NCBI RefSeq assembly: GCF_009914755.1
Contig: NC_060948.1
Length of the DNA stretch: 64,000 nucleotides
Reading direction: 5' to 3' (one strand)
Source of the DNA: the human T2T-CHM13v2.0 reference genome, Homo sapiens
Shown here: positions 42,398-56,750 of the stretch, in pieces
Position numbering within the stretch: the stretch's first letter is position 1
Layout: each line of letters begins with the position of its first letter
Notes under the pieces: generated by a model
Seen by the model: only the letters and a program-made list of their open reading frames with translations
The model's database searches: none
Told to the model about the DNA's origin: nothing
Translations under genes and position numbers: made by a program

Positions 42398-45115
42398 TGA
42401 TATGGTTTGGCTTTGTCTCCACCAAAACCTCATCTTGAATTGTAACTCCTACAATTGCCACTTGTCATGGGAGGAACGCGGTGGGAGGTGATTGAATTAT
42501 GGGGGCAGGTCTTTCCTGCACTGTTCTCATGATTGTGAATAGTCTTACCAGATTCGATGGTTTTAAAAATGGGAGTTTGCCTGCACAATCTCTCTTCTCT
42601 TGTCTGCTGCCGTGTGAGATATGCCCTTCACCTTCCACCATGATTGTGAGGCCTCCCCAGCCTCGTGGAATTGTAAGTCCAATAAACCTCTTTCCTGTAT
42701 AAATTGTGCAGTCTTGGGTATGTCTTTATCATACCCAAGCATGAAAATGGACTAATACAGTAAATTGGAACCAGTAGAGAGGTGCGCTGCTGAAAAGATA
42801 CCCGAAAATGTGGAAGCAAGTTTGGAACTGGTTGGCAGAGGTTGGAACAGTTTGGAGGGCTCAGAAGAAGACAGGACAATTTGAGAAAGTTTGGAATTTC
42901 CTAGCGACTTGTTAAATGGCTTTGCCCAAGATTCTGATAGTGATAAGGACAATAAAGTCCAGGCTGACGTGGTCTCAGATGAAGATGAGGAACTTGTTGG
43001 GAACTGGAGCAAAGGTGATTCTTGTTATATTTTAGCAAAGGGACTGGAGGCATTTTGCCCATGCCCTAGAAATTTCTGAAACTTTGAACTTGAGAGATAT
43101 GATTTAGGGTATCTGGTAGAAGAGATTTATTTTATTTTATTTCATTTTATTTTATTTTAAATTCTGGGATATATGTGCAGAAAATGCAGATTCATTACAT
43201 AGGTATACGTGTTTCATGGTGGTTTGCTGCACCTATCTACTCATCATCTAGGTTCTAAGCCTCGCATGCATTAGCTATTTGTCCTGATGCTGTCGCTCCC
43301 CTCACCCCCTACCTCCCAACCGGCCCCAGTGTGTGATGTTACCCTCCCTGTGTCCATGTGTTCTCATTGTTCAACTCCCACTTATGAGTGGGAACATGTG
43401 GTTTTTGGTTTTCGGTTCCTGTGTTAGTTTGCTGAGGATGTTGGCATCCAGCTTCATCCATGTCCCTGCAAAGGACAAGATCTCATTCCTTTTTACGGCT
43501 GCATAGTATTCCATGGTGTATATGTACCACATTTTCTTTATCCAGTCTATCACTGATGGGCATTTGGGTTGGTTCCATGTTTTTGCTATTGTAAATAGTG
43601 CTGCAATAAACATAGTGTGCATGTATCTTTATAGTAAAATGATTTATATTCCTTTGGGATTCCTTTGGTTGGTCAAATGGTATTTCTGGTCCTAGATCCT
43701 TGAAGAGTTGCCACACTATCTTCCACAATGGTTGAACTAATTTACATTCCCACCAACAGTGTCAAAGCATTCCTATTTGTTCACAGCCTCCAGCATCTAT
43801 TGTTTCTTGACTTTTTAATAATCATCATTCTGACTGGCATGAGATGGTATCTCATTGTGGTTTTGATTTGTATTTCTCTAATGATCAGTGATGTTGAGGT
43901 TTTTTTTTTGTATGTTTGTTGGCCACATAAATGTCTTCTTCTGAGAAGTGTCTGTTCATATCCTTTGCCCCCTTTTTGATGGGGTTGTTTGTGGGGTTTT
44001 TTTTTTTTTTTTTTTTTTTGTAACTTTGTGTGAGTTCCTTGTAGATTCTGGATATTAGACCTTTGTCCAGTGGGTAGATTGCAAAAATTTTCTCCTATTC
44101 TGTAGGTTGCCTGGTGGAAGAAATTTCTAAGCAGCAAATCATTCAAGATGTGACTTGGGTGCTGTTAAAGGCATTCAGTTTTATAAGGGAAGGAGAGCAT
44201 AAAAGTTCAGAAAATTCAGAGCCTGACAATGTAATGGAAAAGAAAATCTCATTTTCTGAGGAGAAATTCAAGCGGGCTGAAGAAATTTGCACAAGTAACA
44301 AGGAGCCCAATGTTAATCCCCAAGACAAAGGGGTCCAGGGCATGTTAGAGGTCTTCATGGCAGCCCCTCTAATCACAGGCTCAGAGGCCTAGGAGGATAA
44401 CATGGTTTTGTGGGCCAGGCTCAAGGTCCCCATGCTGTGTACAGCCCAGGGACTTGGTGCCCTAAGTCCCAGGAGCTCCAGCCATGGCTGAAAAGGGCCA
44501 ACATGGAACTCAGGCCATGGCTTCAGAGGGTGCAAGCCTCAAGCTTTGGCAGTATCCACGTGGTATAGAGCCTGCAATTGCACAGAAGTCAAGAATTGCG
44601 GTTTGGGAACCTCTGACTAGATTTCAGAGGATGTATGGAAATGCCTGGATGTCCAGGCAGAAGTTTGCTGCAGGGGCAGCGTTCTCAAGAAGAACCTCTG
44701 CCAGCACAGTTTGAAAGCAATGTGAGAACATGAGATTTGGGAAGGGCCAGGGGTGGAATGATATGGTTTGGCTGAGTCCCCACCCAAACCTCATCTTGAA
44801 TTGTAACACCCACAATTGCCATGTGTCGTGGGAGGAACCCAGAGGGAGGTGATTGAAATGGGGACGGGTCTTTCCTATGCTGTTCTTGTGAAAGTGAATG
44901 AGTCTCAGGAGATCTGATGGTTTTAAAAATGAGAGTTTGCCTGCACAAGCTCTCTTCTCTTGTCTGCTGCCATGTGAGACTTGCCTTTCCCCTTCTGTTA
45001 TGATTATGAGGCCTCTCCAGCCACCTGGAACTGTAAATCCAATAAACCTCTTTCCTGTATAAGTTGCCCAGTCTTGGATAAATCTTTATCAGCAGTGTGA
45101 AAATGGACTAATACC
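42398..45115 (+). mobile_element. THE1 (A/B-like) MaLR element: LTR 42398-42759, internal 42760-44758, LTR 44759-45115
   Basis: Two ~360-bp direct repeats tgatatggtttggct...ggactaatac; internal region starts gtaaattgg; purine tract gggccaggggtggaa precedes the 3' LTR; AATAAA in each LTR. Confidence 0.95.
43129..44110 (-). mobile_element. 5'-truncated L1PA8/10-class fragment inserted in the THE1 internal region
   Basis: (TTTTA)n tail; ORF2 C-terminus 43371-43622; TSD ctggtagaagagattt (43113-43128) / ctggtggaagaaattt (44111-44126). Confidence 0.93.
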
Positions 45116-47077
45116 ACTTTCCAGGTCCTAAAAGAGACTTGAACCCCAAGCCCAATACTACTGTCATCCATGGAGACTCATAGAAGCACTGCCTTCGTGG
45201 TCTTGTAAAAGATTTGGAAGAATTAAAGTTGGAGGCACCAACACTGTGACTGTGCTTGGGCAGACCTGAAACCAGCACAGCACTGGGTCTCACCCAAGGC
45301 CCACTGTAACCACTACCAGGCTCCTTTCTATGTTAACTCAAGGCCCTAGGGCTCTACAATCAGCAGGTGGGAAATCCAGCCATGTTTGTGACCTCTTCTT
45401 CAGGGCAGCAAGTTTTCCAGGCCCTGTGCAGGTCCAGAGATGCTATCTGGGAACTAAGAATTAGAGTCAAATACCTTAAAAATCTACCTGGTATTCTATT
45501 GTACTATGGCTAAGCTGGTTCTTGAACCACAAGACAAAGTCCTTCTCCTCTTCTCTCCCCTTTTCACAGGCAGAGGAGCCTCTCCCAGTGGACACCACCA
45601 CCACCAGCCCACAGGGATTTCTGCCAGGCCACTGCTAATGTTCACTTAAAGCCCAAGGGCTGCTCAGTCAGCTTGTGGTAAATGCTGCCAGGCCTGGGAC
45701 TCACCCTTCAGGGAAGTGGGCTCCCCTCTGGCCCAGGGCACGTTCATAAATGTTATCCAAGAGGCTAGGCCTGGACTTAGGGACCCCAAGAGCCTGCTTT
45801 ATGCTGTACCCCACTGTGGCTAAGCTGATACCTAAGGTGTAAGAAAAGTTCCCTTTGCTTTTCCCTCTGCTTTTCTGAAGCAGTAGGAGTCTTTCATCAC
45901 AGCCACCACAGCTGGGAATGTGCTGGGTGTCACCTGAAGCCAGCATGTCTCACAATCTCACTGAAGTCCCACCATGTACTATCTGGTTATCACTGATGGT
46001 TACTCAGAGCCTATTGAATTATGCCACAATTGTGTCCTTCCCTTCAAATCAGCAGATTACTTTCTGGCCCAGGGTATGTCTAGCATGTCATCCAACATCC
46101 AGGGCCTAGAAATAGGGACCTCACAACTCTGCCTAGTGCCCTATCCTATTTTGGCTGAGCTGGTATCCAAGATGCAAGGCAAAGTCCTCTTTACTCTTTG
46201 CTCTCCTCTCCTCAAGCACTGCCTGGGGCTGGGGGGATTGGAGGGGGAAGTTGACACAAGCACTCCCTTAGTTTCCCCGGTTGATGTCTCCCTAGGTCAC
46301 ATGTTGCTCTGGTCCCCTGGCTCTAGGCCCAGCCCAGCACTAGGACATGCTTAGGAATTTTAGTCTTTGTGCTTTTGACTGCCTTTCAAATTTACCCAGG
46401 ATCTCAGAGCGCTTTACCCCATGGTGGCAAGGCTTGATGAGAAACTCAAGTTCCAACCACTGGGATGGGGAATTCCCCTCTGGCTAGGGCTGGTCCAAAT
46501 GTTCATTCTGTGGGTGGGTGATGGCTGAGCCCAGCAAGACTTTGCTCACCACTGTGACAGGGCAGCACTGAGTCCAATGCCAAGTCCTCCAGTCGCTGTT
46601 GTTTCTCTCTCCCAAGTGCAAAGATTCTCTCCTTGCATACAGCCACTGCCAGCGATATGGGAGGGGTGACATCCATGATACACGACTGTCTTTCCTAGCC
46701 TTCTCAGTGCCTCTTTTGGTGATATGAAGTTAAAACCAAGTAATGTGATTGCTAACCTGATTTTTGACCTTATGACATTGCTTTTTTTGTGTGTGTAGTT
46801 AGTTGTTAGACTTTTATGTTCCTGTCAAGTGGACAATCAGTGGAGGCTTCTGGTTGGCCATTTTTCTCTGGGGTGGGACAGAGATTTTACCAAAGACTAA
46901 TTAATGCATTTTGAAAATTGGATAAATATTTCCTCATTCAATAGTTTCAGAATTTCATTATTAAGACAAAACTATTGCTACATGTTTTGAATGTTTTAGA
47001 AATTGCTGATTATGTTATTGATTATATCTAAAATCTCAATATATCTGCACATGAAAAAAAGAGAAATAATGCTACTT

Positions 47078-47289
47078 TTTTATTTACCTAAGACATAATA
47101 TTTTACATATTTATGGGATACTTGTGAGTATTTGTCACATGTATAGAATGAGTAATGATCAAGTCAGTGTATTTGAAGCATCCATCACCTTGACTATTTA
47201 TCATTTGTATGGGTTGGTAACATTTCATGTCCTCTTTTCCACCTACTTTGAATTATACAATATATTTTTACCAACTATAGTCACTTTAG
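47078..47289 (-). mobile_element. Short L1MA4/5-like 3' UTR fragment
   Basis: catatttatgggatac...gatcaagtcag..gcatccatcacc; TSD aatgctactt at 47068-47077 and 47290-47299. Confidence 0.8.
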
Positions 47290-47793
47290 AATGCTACTTA
47301 TTCTTAATTTTGCCACTCCTCCTTCAACAAAGTATAGAATTATGGTGACTTTTAAAACATTACGTTTTGAAAAGTATGCATATTCATATACTTGACTACA
47401 AATTATAAAACCTAATTAAAATTATTTTCTTATACAATCACCAAATCTATACTGTTCTGTATTGTATTGTTCTACGGTAAGAGAGTTTTTGTGTTTCAGT
47501 CTTGATACTTTGCTCACGATAATCCAATGCAAATCAGTACAACACAAACTGACTATTCAAACATGTAGTGTTTTGAAATCACAGCCCAAGATATATGCTT
47601 CTTCCTAAATTTTCACATTAAAAACGTCAATGTAAGGTGACATGTATTGGTAGTTAGATCAGAAAAGAAGTAAATAATTCTGAGTTCTATTCCTTGAACT
47701 TCTAATGATTTTAATACACCATGTATATGTTTAGCAGGTGCAAAAAAATGTATGAGTACCACACAAATATTACAGTTTAAAAAATAGCCTCTA

Positions 47794-48110
<317 letters not shown>

Positions 48111-48736
48111 TTATAGTGAGACATGGGATTATTGATAAATCAATTTTAATAAATAGTATAAAATCCTAAAACAACTAAAGTATCTAAATGTAATTTAACT
48201 TTTAATTACAGTATTATGTGATAAGAATACGAGTGTGAATATTTCCCATGCAATCCATTAAAATTTAATATTTTATTAAATTAAGAAACACCATAAATAG
48301 CTTGATATCTTAAAATATTATATTATTAAATTAAAATATATCATGAAAGATAATGTCACATTCTTCAGTGAACAATCAGAAATCCTTGTCTTGAATGAAT
48401 TATCAACTAAATATATTTACTTTTATTAAATACATGCATAAATGTTAATAGAAAATTAATCTGTGTTAAATGAATGTGTCTTTCTGAAGATTTCTGTACA
48501 TCATATTATATGGCTCAGATTAAGACACACACTTTACAAAATCTAGCATTTCTGAGTATAAAATCTTCTGACAAAATTTTTTTTCTTATGAGCACCTACC
48601 ATGTGATTTTAGAGTAACATACATGCATTAATTTTCTCTCAATGAACTACATTTAGCTATTTATTGGCTACTTCCAAATACACACAAATAATTATTTGAA
48701 TAAAGATTATAGCTCAGGAAGCTATAAAGTTGTTGC

Positions 48737-49045
48737 TTTTTTTTTTTTTTTTTTTTTTTTTTTGAGAGGGAGTCTTACTCTGTTGCCCAGGCTGGAGTGT
48801 AGTGGGGTGATCTCAGCTCATGCAACCTACACCTCCCGGGTTCAAGCGATTCTCTGCCTTGGCCTCCTGAGTAGCTGGGATTGCAGGCTCCCGCCCCCAC
48901 ACCCAGCTAATTTTTTTTGTATTTTTTAGTAAAGACGGGGTTTTGCCATCTTGGCCAGGCTGGTCTTGAACTCCTGACCTCGTCATCCACCCGCCTCAGC
49001 CTCCCAAAGTACTGGGATTACAGACGTGAGCCACCGCGCCCGGCC
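48737..49045 (-). mobile_element. AluS (Sg-like) SINE
   Basis: Long T tail, full Alu, gttgct on both flanks. Confidence 0.92.
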
Positions 49046-51309
49046 GTTGCTCATTTTTTAGGAACACATTTCTGTGATTTTCAGTTTATTATACCGTTGT
49101 AGGTAACCTAAAAATAGCTGTGCATTTTCGATATATTAGATATTTTTATGTTGTTATTGAAGGAAAAAAACCTAGCTTTCTACTTGAAAGAGATGATACT
49201 TGTTCATTAATATTTATGTGTTTTAAAAGTGAGGGAGAATATTTTTTCAAAAATTAAATATTGCCTCTTTTGGCATATTGGCACATAAGCAAGCCAGCAC
49301 TTAATAATACAAATAATTTCTTTAACATATTTTACTTTTCTTGACTTCATTTCAGTTGAAATTACATTGCAATTTCTGCAATTAGTGATCTTAGCTTTAC
49401 TGTTTTCCCTGTCAGTTCAATGAAGTAGTGATTGGACAAAATGTGGAGGATTGGGCTACAAAACATTTAATCTATGCATAACTGAAAGCCTAAAAGATCT
49501 CTAGCAGATTTCCTGGGTTGTTATCCCATAAGGCTCATAATTTCTAAAATACACCAAAGTTTATGTTTAGGAATACACATTTTTTACAAAATAAATACAC
49601 TGATATTCTCTTAGTCTTTCATCAAAGTACTAAATGATCTTTGCCTTTCTAACTTCCATGGGCCACTGGTCCTTGGTGATGGAGCCATGACCTGGAGCTA
49701 AAAAACAAAATGAACATATCCAGAAATATAATGTCTTGGCTGCTGTAACTTACAAGGAAATGTTCACTGTATGAAAAACAGCTTCACAGAAATACTAAGT
49801 TGTCAATTTATCAGTCAAAATTATGTGTAACCGCCAGTGTACGATCATATACAAATCCTAATATAAAATTTTAATTTGCCTTTAAATAGCTTGAATTTCA
49901 TTGACAAACATCCTACCACAGGCATAACTTTCTTGAAGTTTAAAATAGCAGCATTAATGTATTAATTATAATCTTGCATTTTTAGATGATTGATAGAGTT
50001 AAAAAGAGATATTCCAACTCATTTATAATCTTGCGAGGCTGAAATACTAAGTAAACTATTAGTTCAACTTGTCACTTTAATATAAGTACACTGTTGAAAT
50101 TCCTAAGGATATAGTCTAGCTGCTTGGCAATGGATTGCAGTGAAATTCATTGAGAGTTCATTGAACATGGAAAGGATGTAATTTATTTAAATCCTTCACT
50201 TATTAAATCAGGATTTGAATTTTTTTAATATTTTATTTTTTTCCAACTAATGAAATGGACTTGAAAAGAATTAGCAAAATCTTTGTAGAGTTGTGACAAA
50301 GTAATTCTGATGACTATGTTGTCTACTAAAGTTTTTACTGATAAGCGCTGAAGGCTGAATTGAGATGAATACATTCACTGTTGTTTAGAGGATTTGTTTT
50401 TATTTTGATTTGTTTTACAGAAAGATATTCAGTTTTAAATACCTTATAGAATAGTCTTGCCCATATCTCCCTTTCCATATAAATAATAAGATCGTATTCT
50501 TGCATATTTAATGAGCATATAGATTAACAAAAAGTTTACAAAGGAACTCCTGTGTTTCTTAATAAATAATCATATAAGTAACAGAAGGTAAAATTTTTCC
50601 ACAGCTTTATTAAATTGATTAGTAAGTACAGACTTTTGAAGCATAAAGTTTTAAATATGTAAAAATTTAGCTTCTGATTTTGTGTCTTTGTCTCTACCTC
50701 CCTCATACTTTTTGATTTCATGGGGTTTTTTGTTGTTGTTCTTTGCATTTAAGTTATGCATTTGCTCTCAGCCGTGCTTTCATCTATTCTTTTGAGATTT
50801 CAAATATTAAAACCTTAAGTGTGATCTTTGCAGGTGTATTGTCAAGATAAAATTCATGAATTCTCTCTAAGAGAAATGTCTTTAGACTTAGTAAAGGGTT
50901 ACTACTATAGTGTTTTCTGATTGATGCAAGTACTGTGGAGCTTAAAAGTCAAAATGGTAGATATGAAAATGAGTTTTTTGGGGAATACTTTATTTGCATC
51001 AAATAATGTGTAAGATATATTGGCACATCTGTATGATTATGTGTCCTCAGCCCTGTCATACCCATCATTTCTTTCACTGAATTACAGAAGGGATTCCTAA
51101 GGAGAAAACCACATAATTCCTAAGTTTGTAATTGGCAATTATAAGGAAAGACAAGCTTTAAATTAAATCTTGATAAAAACTGATCATGCTCTTTCTAAAA
51201 TGACAACATAGACTTTTTCTCTCCTCCTCTGCTCTAATAAATGAATTAGGCACAACTGTAGATTTCAAGACGTTCATGATGTTTTAGAAGCTTAGGGAGA
51301 TAGAAAGAT

Positions 51310-51765
51310 CAATTACACCTGGTACCTGCCCTTAGGGAGCTTGTAGTCAAATTAGTGCAGATAAGAAACAAAGGCATATAATTATAAACTCAGGAAAAAA
51401 CTGATTCCAGAATGAAGATAAAGTCTGGACCACAGGATACCAGAGGAAGGAGAGATCTATTTAGACAGAAGGATTACAGTGCAGGTGGTTCTTAAGCAGG
51501 TTGTTGAAAGATCAAATTTAGATATGTGGGTCATCAGGAAAAAAAGGTGTTTCAGAAATAAGAACAGGACTATTAAAGGCACTAACACAGGAAATCTCTG
51601 GTGTACACTGATACAAATCAAATAGTTCAGTTTCATCGGGTTAATGTAGGAAACAGAGTTGTTACAAGGAAATTTGAAATGTTTGATTTGGATCTTGGAT
51701 GCCAGGTCAAAGAGTTCAGTTGACATTTACAATTTTGGGGATTGAGAGTCAGAACAACACTTTCA
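51310..51765 (-). mobile_element. L2 relic
   Basis: ctgcccttagggagcttgtagtc...ggatcttggatgccaggtcaaagag resembles antisense L2. Confidence 0.55.
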
Positions 51766-52064
<299 letters not shown>

Positions 52065-52167
52065 GAACAACACTTTCAGAAGTTTATTTTGGCAGGGATT
52101 CCAGTAAAAAATCTGTCTCTAATATGTTTCACTGTATTTCTAACCATTGCTACTAAAAATACACCAA

Positions 52168-52372
52168 CGATGGTGTGCTGCAGCCAACAAGTACCCGCTT
52201 GTGAGAGCCAATTGTGCATCTCTTTCCAATTCTATCTAGTGATATCATGTTGTTAGCTTGAAACAGGAAATAGTGGGAGTATTTATGCCGCATAAATTGG
52301 CAAATCCTACAACAGGGTGTTTTTCACCTCTTTTGAGAATTGGTCATTAAATTTTTGACCAATATACCACTG
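52168..52372. mobile_element. MER63A-like hAT-Blackjack MITE
   Basis: Ends cgatggtgtgctg and caatataccactg (degenerate TIRs); internal gagagccaattgtgc..agcttgaaa..gtgggagtattta; ~205 bp. Confidence 0.75.
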
Positions 52373-54827
52373 GATGGACACAACACTCTCTATGTTAGTG
52401 TCTACTGGTGATTTTTAAGCATGTAGGTTTTATTTCTCATCAGACCTTTCAAATTGGTAATAGACTCTCTATGAAAAATAGGAGTATTATCACTGTGGCT
52501 TTAATATAAAAGGGAAATGATAATCTACCAAACGCAAAATTATAGTTTGATCCTCCAAGGATTTAAAGACCTTCCAAAATATAATCTTTGGAAAGTACCA
52601 TCTATTTCTTGGAGCAAATTAACTAAAAACTAAAAACATGTGTTGTTTGTTTTACATTGATATTGGCACTGTTGTAAATTCTTTTTGTTTTTTGCTCCAC
52701 ATAGTGTGTGTTGGCTGATCCAAAAATAAAAAAAGCAAGACAGGGGTGCCAAGGAAAATAGTACTATTTTTTTTTTTATCTGAGAAGATCAAATGAGCAA
52801 CATAAATGCCTAAAAAATTACTAGAAAGACAATGCAAATACTTTATTAAACTGAGTAAAATAGCACCATATTTATAGATGATCCACATTATAGTCAATTT
52901 TAGCAAAACATATCCTTCATTACTATTAGAAATACAAAAACTTTTACAAAAATCTTGACTCAAGGCTCTTCTCAAATATAGTTGTCTCCAACATACTTTC
53001 CCATGGGATTAAGTGGTGTTACCTTTGTATTTAAAACATTGTATAATCTGTATAGATTTCCCTTTGAGCTCACAAAATTCAATTAAGAAAAAACATTAAC
53101 AAAGGGGAAACCAAATATCCACCTATGCATACACATGCTTACATGAAAAAATAAAATCTAAAATACAAAAGGGGCAAAGAGCAATGGTTTATTTTCTCTT
53201 CTTTAGGATATATCTTGAGAGGAGTAAGATATTTTTGTAATAATACCGTACATTTTAATGGTGTTTAAACACACACTATCTCCTTTGCATAATATATTAA
53301 TGTGAAGTATAAAGATTTAGAAAATATACACAATTGATTATCGTATTAATACTGTATCATTTATATTTGGCAATAATTTATATTTCACATTTCTCCATTT
53401 ATATTATTTGAAATGTAAATATTTTTGTTCCCTGTTTTCTATGGGTGTAACCAGTAAAAACTAGGGTTCTACTGCAGTGATTCTTTTTATGCCTTGATAG
53501 ACCTTGTTTTATAGGGAGGAACTGAGTCAGGAGCAGTGAAATTGATAGAGCCTCCAGCTCTTTTTGCCAATCAAAACATTTAAGATGATTCTGTTATTTA
53601 TGTACTTTAGCTTTGAGCCTTTGCTTAGCTATATTTAAACTTTAGGATGTGATGCTATTGGGCTATTTATTGAAAGCTGACATATGGCACAGTGAAACCT
53701 AAACAGAAAATATTTATGGCTTAAATTTCCAGGTTAGGTATAGAAAGGTGAACAGCATTTTCTACTTTTTGTTGTTGTTGTTTCTAAGAAGTCAGAGTAA
53801 ATAGTTTCCCCATCTTCTCATCTTTCAGTCAGAAATTTGAAATCCATTGTGGAAGGAATACAGAGGCATATTTTTGGAAGTCTAATTTAGGAACATGCAC
53901 ACAATGTATTTTCCAGCAGTGAGAAGGTTTTAGCACCCCAGAAAAAAAGCAAGCCTTATCCAGCTCAATGAATTGTCAAAATCAAAGTAGCTATATGCAC
54001 AGGAGCCACTTTGGATTACCCATTCCTTTTATGGATGAGCTTTAAGTGCACAATGGAAAGCTGCCTGGGAGGGAAAAGAATATTTGCATTCTGATGTCTG
54101 GGAGGTAAAATAATACTTGCTGATGACTTTTTTCAGGTCAGGCTAAAGTAATGACATTTGTATCAGCATTAGAAGTAGAAGTACTTAGTAATATACCATG
54201 TTTGTGGATGCCTTAAAATGAAGGAATTTCATGGTTTAGAAGAAATGACCAGTAGTCTAACTTACTGAGGTTTGGAGAAGACATGATCTTCCAGGAACAC
54301 ATCATTTCAAAATACAAATAATTCTTGATTACCTATTGATATAAAGCTTTTCTTTTGAAAAAAAAAAAACCGACTTTCTCTCTCTTCCTCAACATTTATC
54401 TTCTCAGTTTGGTTATGTTCAAAGTGTCCCTTCTCTCAAATACTCATTATTTAAAACTTTGAGACGAAAGAACTTCCATTTTGTAAGATATGGCTCAAAG
54501 TAAATGAAACAAAAAAGCTTTTATTTAAAGAATAAGCTATCTAGTTTCAATGAGTAAATGCAAGGCACCTAACATTGATAAGCCAGATAACGAATTACCA
54601 AACAATTCAAAACTTAGTTATATTAATTACTGAAAAAGAATATACTTCGTTCTTTTTACATAGCTACTTATCAAAAGAAGCTAAATGTGGCAAAAAGTCT
54701 GAATTTTAATAAATGATTTAGAGGAAAGTAACACTCTTTGGTTGAAAGTGCTACGTGTTAAATGTCTATTAGAAAAATAAATTCATTCTGTGGCATAGGT
54801 AGCTCATGATTTCTCATCAAATACAGT

Positions 54828-55599
54828 TGTTGATGAAAAGACTTAAACTCCGTATTTGAAGAGATTTATTCTGAGCCAAATATGAGTGACCATGGCCCGT
54901 GACACAGCCCTCAGGAGGTCCTGAGAACATGTGCCCCAGGTGGATGGGGCACAGCTTCGTTTTATATATTTTAGGAAGACATAAGACATCAATCAAATAC
55001 ATTTAAGAAATACATTTGTTTGGTTCAGAAAGGTGGGAAAACTCTAAATGAAGGCTTCCAGGCTAATGGTAAATTTAAACATTTTCTGGTTGACAATTGG
55101 TTGAGTTTATCTGAAGACCTGGGATCAATAGAAAGGAAATGTTTAGGTTAGGATAAAGGATTGTGGAGACCACGTTTTACAGTGCAGAGGAAGCTCTCAG
55201 ATAGCCAACTTCAGAGAGAGCAGGTTGTAAAATGTTTCTTATTGGACCTAAAAGGTTGCCTATCTCTTAGCTGATTATCTCCTGGATCTGGAAAGGAAGG
55301 AAGGAAAGCAAAGGGGAAAGGGGATTCTCTGTAGAATGTGGATTTTTCCCACAAGAGACATTGCAGGATAATTTCAAGGTATGCAAGGAAATATATTTTG
55401 GGGTAAAACATTTTGTTTTTTTCTCTTGTTATGCTTGTTATGCCAGAGTCAGATTGGAAAGTAAGTCAGTCATGATATACAAGGTTAAAGGTTAACTAAA
55501 ACCCATCTGATAAGAATTTATGGTTTGTAGGGCATGACTCCCCTGACCCCTTAGAAGGAAATTTGGGCAATATAAAAAAAAATCACAGCTTAGTCCTCA
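54828..55599 (-). mobile_element. MER4E-like ERV1 solo LTR
   Basis: TG...CA ends; perfect 4-bp TSD cagt at 54824-54827 and 55600-55603; minus strand begins tgaggactaagct; AATAAA on the minus strand near 54865; ~770 bp. Confidence 0.88.
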
Positions 55600-55882
55600 C
55601 AGTTTTAGAGGATCTCCTGTGGAACTTAAGGAGAGTCACATCCTTTCTTGAAAAATTAATTGGAATTTTAATTTTAGTAAGATTGAATTTAGCCTTTGAA
55701 AGATTAAAATTGTATTTATGGATAGAAAAAAATAGTATCTGTAGATAAACAGGTATTTTAATTAAAAATAAATATTCTGTAAATATTTTATACTAAGGTA
55801 ATTCTCCCTTGTCTAGTTAGTATATTTTTATACTTTATTATTACAAAATTAAGTTTTTCTTAGCACCAATGATTGTCAGCGT

Positions 55883-56183
55883 TGTTTTTTGTTTGTTTGT
55901 TTTTTCTTGACATGGAGTCTCGCTTTGCTGTCCAGTCTGGAGTGCAGTGGCACAATCTCTGCTCACTGCAGCCTCTGCCTCTCAGTGATTCTCCTGCCTC
56001 AGCCTCCCGAGTAGCTGGGGTTACAGGCACCCACCACAATGCTGGGCTAATTTTTTGTATTTTTAGCAGAGACGGGGTTTCGCCACGTTGGGCAGGCTGG
56101 TCTCGAACTCCTGACCTCAGGTGATCTGCCTGCCTCGGGCTCCCAAGGTGCTGGGATTACAGGCATGAGCCACCAGGCCCAGC
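55883..56183 (-). mobile_element. AluSx-like SINE
   Basis: Full Alu with a ~10-bp deletion; TSD tgtcag(c/t)gt at 55874-55882 and 56184-56192. Confidence 0.92.
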
Positions 56184-56574
56184 TGTCAGTGTGTTTTAAT
56201 TTCCAAATGTAACAAAATATTTGGCTTAAAAATAGAGGTATTATTGACATATACATACCAATATTTTGGTGACCCTGAAACCCACATTGATTCATTTTCT
56301 GCTTTCGGTTAGCGGTACAAGCTTGTATTACATGAAAATAAAATTACCTTTACTTCTTAGAAAAGCTGGCATTCATACTTCAAGAAAAATATTTTCAGAA
56401 GATAAGTTAGGTATTGATGTAAATTGAAGGTTTTTTGTTGTATTTCATATCATCTTATTGGTATGAATATAAAGGATAGTAGAATGATTTTCCATCATGA
56501 AATTCATAATTTACTGGAAGCATGTTTTGATGCTGTCCATTTATTTAGTATTCACTAAAGATTGCAGTATATGT

Positions 56575-56750
56575 ACAGTACACTTTTTAAGAGTATGGAT
56601 TCTGGAGCTAGACCGTCTGGGTTCAAAGTCTTACACTTTGACACTCTCTAACTGTGTGACCTTGGACAAGTTAACTAATCATTCTGTGCCTGTTTCTGTA
56701 TCTTCTAAAATGGAGACATTCATCATGAGCTTTTCATATAAGATAGTTAA
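56575..56750 (+). mobile_element. MIR
   Basis: ctgggttcaaa...ctaactgtgtgaccttggacaagttaactaatcattctgtgcctg..taaaatggagac is the MIR core. Confidence 0.85.

Larger units (their letters stand above)
36432..46872 (-). mobile_element. Apparently full-length old LINE-1 (L1MA2/3 class), interrupted by an AluJ and a THE1
   Basis: L1MA 3' UTR from ~36440; ORF2 remnants 37420-39494; 5' UTR 45116-46872; degenerate 16-bp TSD gttgggcaaagatttt (36416-36431) / gtgggacagagatttt (46873-46888). Confidence 0.9.

Noticed and set aside
49654-49697. GC-richer island after a minus-strand acceptor (cattttgttttttag|CTCCAGG)
   Set aside because: Only weak donors follow (GAA|gttaga, AAG|gcaaag) and no peptide is recognisable, so support is insufficient.
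53500-54300. Scattered AP-1, TCF, SOX, TEAD and STAT-like motifs as an enhancer
   Set aside because: Short motifs are expected by chance, and no conservation or chromatin data are available.
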